A stretch of DNA of 64,000 nucleotides. Source: a virus. This document shows positions 63,325-64,000 of the stretch, piece after piece. Within the stretch, counting starts at the first letter, position 1; each line of letters begins with the position of its first letter. A program made the translations under genes and the position numbers. The notes beneath the pieces were generated by a model. That model did no database searches. It saw only the letters and a list, made by a program, of their open reading frames with translations, and was not told the DNA's origin. The stretch covers positions 5,315 through 69,314 of the IMG/VR virus record IMGVR_UViG_3300030060_004613. One strand, given 5' to 3'.

Positions 63325-63818
63325 AACCCAATAGAAGCTGGACACGTCAAGCCGGATGCTGCTTTCGAGCAGGGAAGCCGGACTGAGTTAGGAGTGAAAG
63401 CCCAACCCCCTGGTCACCGAGTGACAGGGACCCCCTGAGAGGGGGGAGCAGGAGGGGCTGACGTTGAGCTTGCCAAGTAGCAAGGGGGAGGAGCCTGCAA
63501 GGGGACCCACCCGCCAAGGAACAGCAAGCAAGAGACCGATCCGAGAGGCGAGCGATCATGCCAAGACCCTCAAATAGCCTGGACGTGTAGCAGACTGAAG
63601 ACCCCCACGCCCCGATGACGGGCGGCCATCCCAAGTCCTAAGCGGTCACGGATGAGCCTTGCACCCTGAGGAACCGTGGGGGGGACCAATGAGGCAACCA
63701 ATCGGGCGTCCCCCTTCGGGGGGGCTGCTCGACTGGCCCGGTGAGTCCATCGACTGCGGTGGATTGACCCGGCCTGACAGCCGGAAACAACAGCAAACCC
63801 AACTACTTGGAGGCTTTT

Positions 63819-63995
63819 ATGCCTGCTTCAATCTCTCTTGCGGTCATCGATGGCCGTGTCTTTCTCATTGACGCCGACAACCACGTCGGTGTTCTCGGTG
63901 TGCCGAGCTTTGCAACTCACCACGCTGCTGAGATCTTCCTGAACTCTGAGGGGTTCGCGAACGACCCAGCAACAGACGAGTTCATCCGCAGCTAA
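63819..63995 (+). CDS. first early gene, hypothetical
   Basis: GGAGG RBS after a CAA-rich leader; 58 aa. Confidence 0.7.
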   Translation: MPASISLAVIDGRVFLIDADNHVGVLGVPSFATHHAAEIFLNSEGFANDPATDEFIRS

Positions 63996-64000
63996 CTCAC

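Larger units (their letters stand above)
63082..63784 (+). ncRNA. candidate large structured RNA / early leader
   Basis: No credible CDS; many stems with UUCG, UACG or GNRA loops; long-range helix 63342-63348 with 63582-63588. Confidence 0.6.

Noticed and set aside
63454-63480. GGGGCTGA resembling the tmRNA 5' end
   Set aside because: No following TTCGAC, and no T-arm or CCA acceptor end downstream
63595-63790. CTGANGA cores (about 63595 and 63666) with a downstream GAAAC, as in hammerhead ribozymes
   Set aside because: Stems II and III and the NUH site cannot be built around them
63081-63871. Short ORF-track ORFs in the structured region
   Set aside because: No RBS, Pro/Gly/Arg-rich GC-artefact composition, mutually overlapping
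1-64000. CRISPR array, tRNA genes, integrase, transposase
   Set aside because: No repeat-spacer periodicity, cloverleaf or catalytic motifs recognised by eye; a tRNAscan or CRISPR scan would be needed to exclude them fully

Overview
The window is almost the whole genome of an uncultured, apparently lytic, podovirus-like dsDNA phage, cut inside the early region: early genes lie at 1-5164 and restart at 63819. The + strand early and replication arm carries a truncated beta-clamp-like gene, small hypotheticals, an initiator with internal iterons, DnaB, YqaJ/RecT, plus minus-strand RuvC-like and HTH genes. A long - strand late arm (59406 to 11836) carries TerS, TerL, portal, scaffold, capsid, adaptor, nozzle, a lytic transglycosylase, ejection proteins including a 4452-aa polyvalent protein, tail fibre and a lysis region. 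A short + strand block encodes SSB and an adenine methyltransferase. I recognised no integrase, tRNA or CRISPR array. Main candidates for novelty: (1) a ~700-nt densely structured non-coding RNA or leader with two boxA-like sites before the first early gene; (2) a DUF2589-like gene pair bracketing five Lys-rich microproteins between the holin-like and endolysin genes; (3) zincin, SAM-lyase-like and HhH-glycosylase-like motifs inside the giant virion protein; (4) a duplicated hairpin sRNA-like unit after dnaB. All calls come from reading motifs by eye; no database search or folding program was run.
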